Shown one piece after another: positions 63,256-64,000 of a stretch of 64,000 nt of DNA. The DNA comes from Callorhinchus milii. Lineage: Eukaryota. The DNA is taken from assembly GCF_018977255.1 (NCBI RefSeq), contig NW_024704742.1, forward strand, positions 90,150,001 through 90,214,000, in the 5' to 3' direction. Each line of letters starts with the position of its first letter. Position 1 is the first letter of the stretch. Made by a program: the position numbers and the translations under genes. The notes beneath the pieces are model-generated. The model saw only the letters and a list, made by a program, of their open reading frames with translations, was not told the DNA's origin and did not search any database.

Positions 63256-64000
63256 GTTAGTTCAAGTCCTTAGATGTGATTCACATTTGACAGGGGAATT
63301 TTCTTGAGTTGGTGGCATACATATATCAAACTTTGTCTGGTTTGGATGTTCTTAAGCATGATGATGGGTTTCTCCATGTGTCGGACACAGAACAAAAAAG
63401 CCATTTGATCTCATTTAAAGCTATGTCATCTTGTAACTCATGGACCTATTGGGGGGGAAAGGCACTCAATTCTTATTTTATTGAGCCTCTTGATAATCCT
63501 AAAACCACATTTGACCTTCTTGAATTTGATCCATCCCTCAGTGATGGATGTCATCATTGATGGCTAAACTCTGCTAACAAAGAGATATGTTAATGCGTTT
63601 GCTGCTACACATTCTGTTCTGGTCCCCAGTGTTAAAATCTGCTACTATTCAAATAACTTCAATAATGAAATCTTTGTGACCTTTATGCAAACCTTTGTGG
63701 TTCTAGGAGTTAAGCCATTCTTTCACAAAGTACTGTCGTGCAATGTTTTTTTATGTCAAAGCATTTTTGAAGGCTTTCAAATACTTGAGATACAACTCCT
63801 GCAATGGGCTCAGGCCTATTAGTTAAATAAATGGCAACCGTCAAATACGGTATCCCTGACAGAAGGGAACCTGATATGTGCACAGAGTAAAAGACAACAG
63901 TACTGTCACCAGAAAGAAATGGAAAAATTAAATCTCTTTAAGCAACAGTAGAGGGAAACAGATACTTCAATAAAATGTCTGATTAATGCTCGACATTAAT

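Noticed and set aside
1..64000. CRISPR array, operon, retron or other prokaryotic system
   Set aside because: No regularly spaced repeats and no gene-dense structure; all RT similarity is to vertebrate LINEs

Overview
This is not prokaryotic DNA. It is AT-rich, repeat-dense vertebrate intronic or intergenic sequence, most likely from a cartilaginous fish (my inference from the repeat complement; a holocephalan such as Callorhinchus is my best guess). I can support no host protein-coding gene. The longer ORFs derive from decayed L2-clade LINE reverse transcriptase (best: about 60683-61890, minus strand, intact FADD motif) or are shadows of repeats. Much of the window is mobile-element debris: many 5'-truncated L2 LINEs ending in (GTT)n, CR1 3' ends, an old full Deu-domain SINE family, a younger tRNA-Ala-headed SINE in long and short forms that shares its stem-loop tail with the local L2, a palindromic ~210-bp MITE family, a Tigger/mariner-like element and an unclassified ~680-bp A-tailed repeat. 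The most interesting signals are: (1) a Penelope-like end folded into a 62-bp inverted repeat with hammerhead-ribozyme core motifs at 18340-18469; (2) the modular SINE and its L2 partner; (3) the unclassified repeat family; (4) unusually long target-site or templated duplications; (5) weak candidates for a spliced minus-strand transcript and for regulatory elements. Repeat boundaries were read by eye and are approximate (about +/-10-20 bp). Family names come from recognition, not a database search. I did not find a demonstrably novel biological system.
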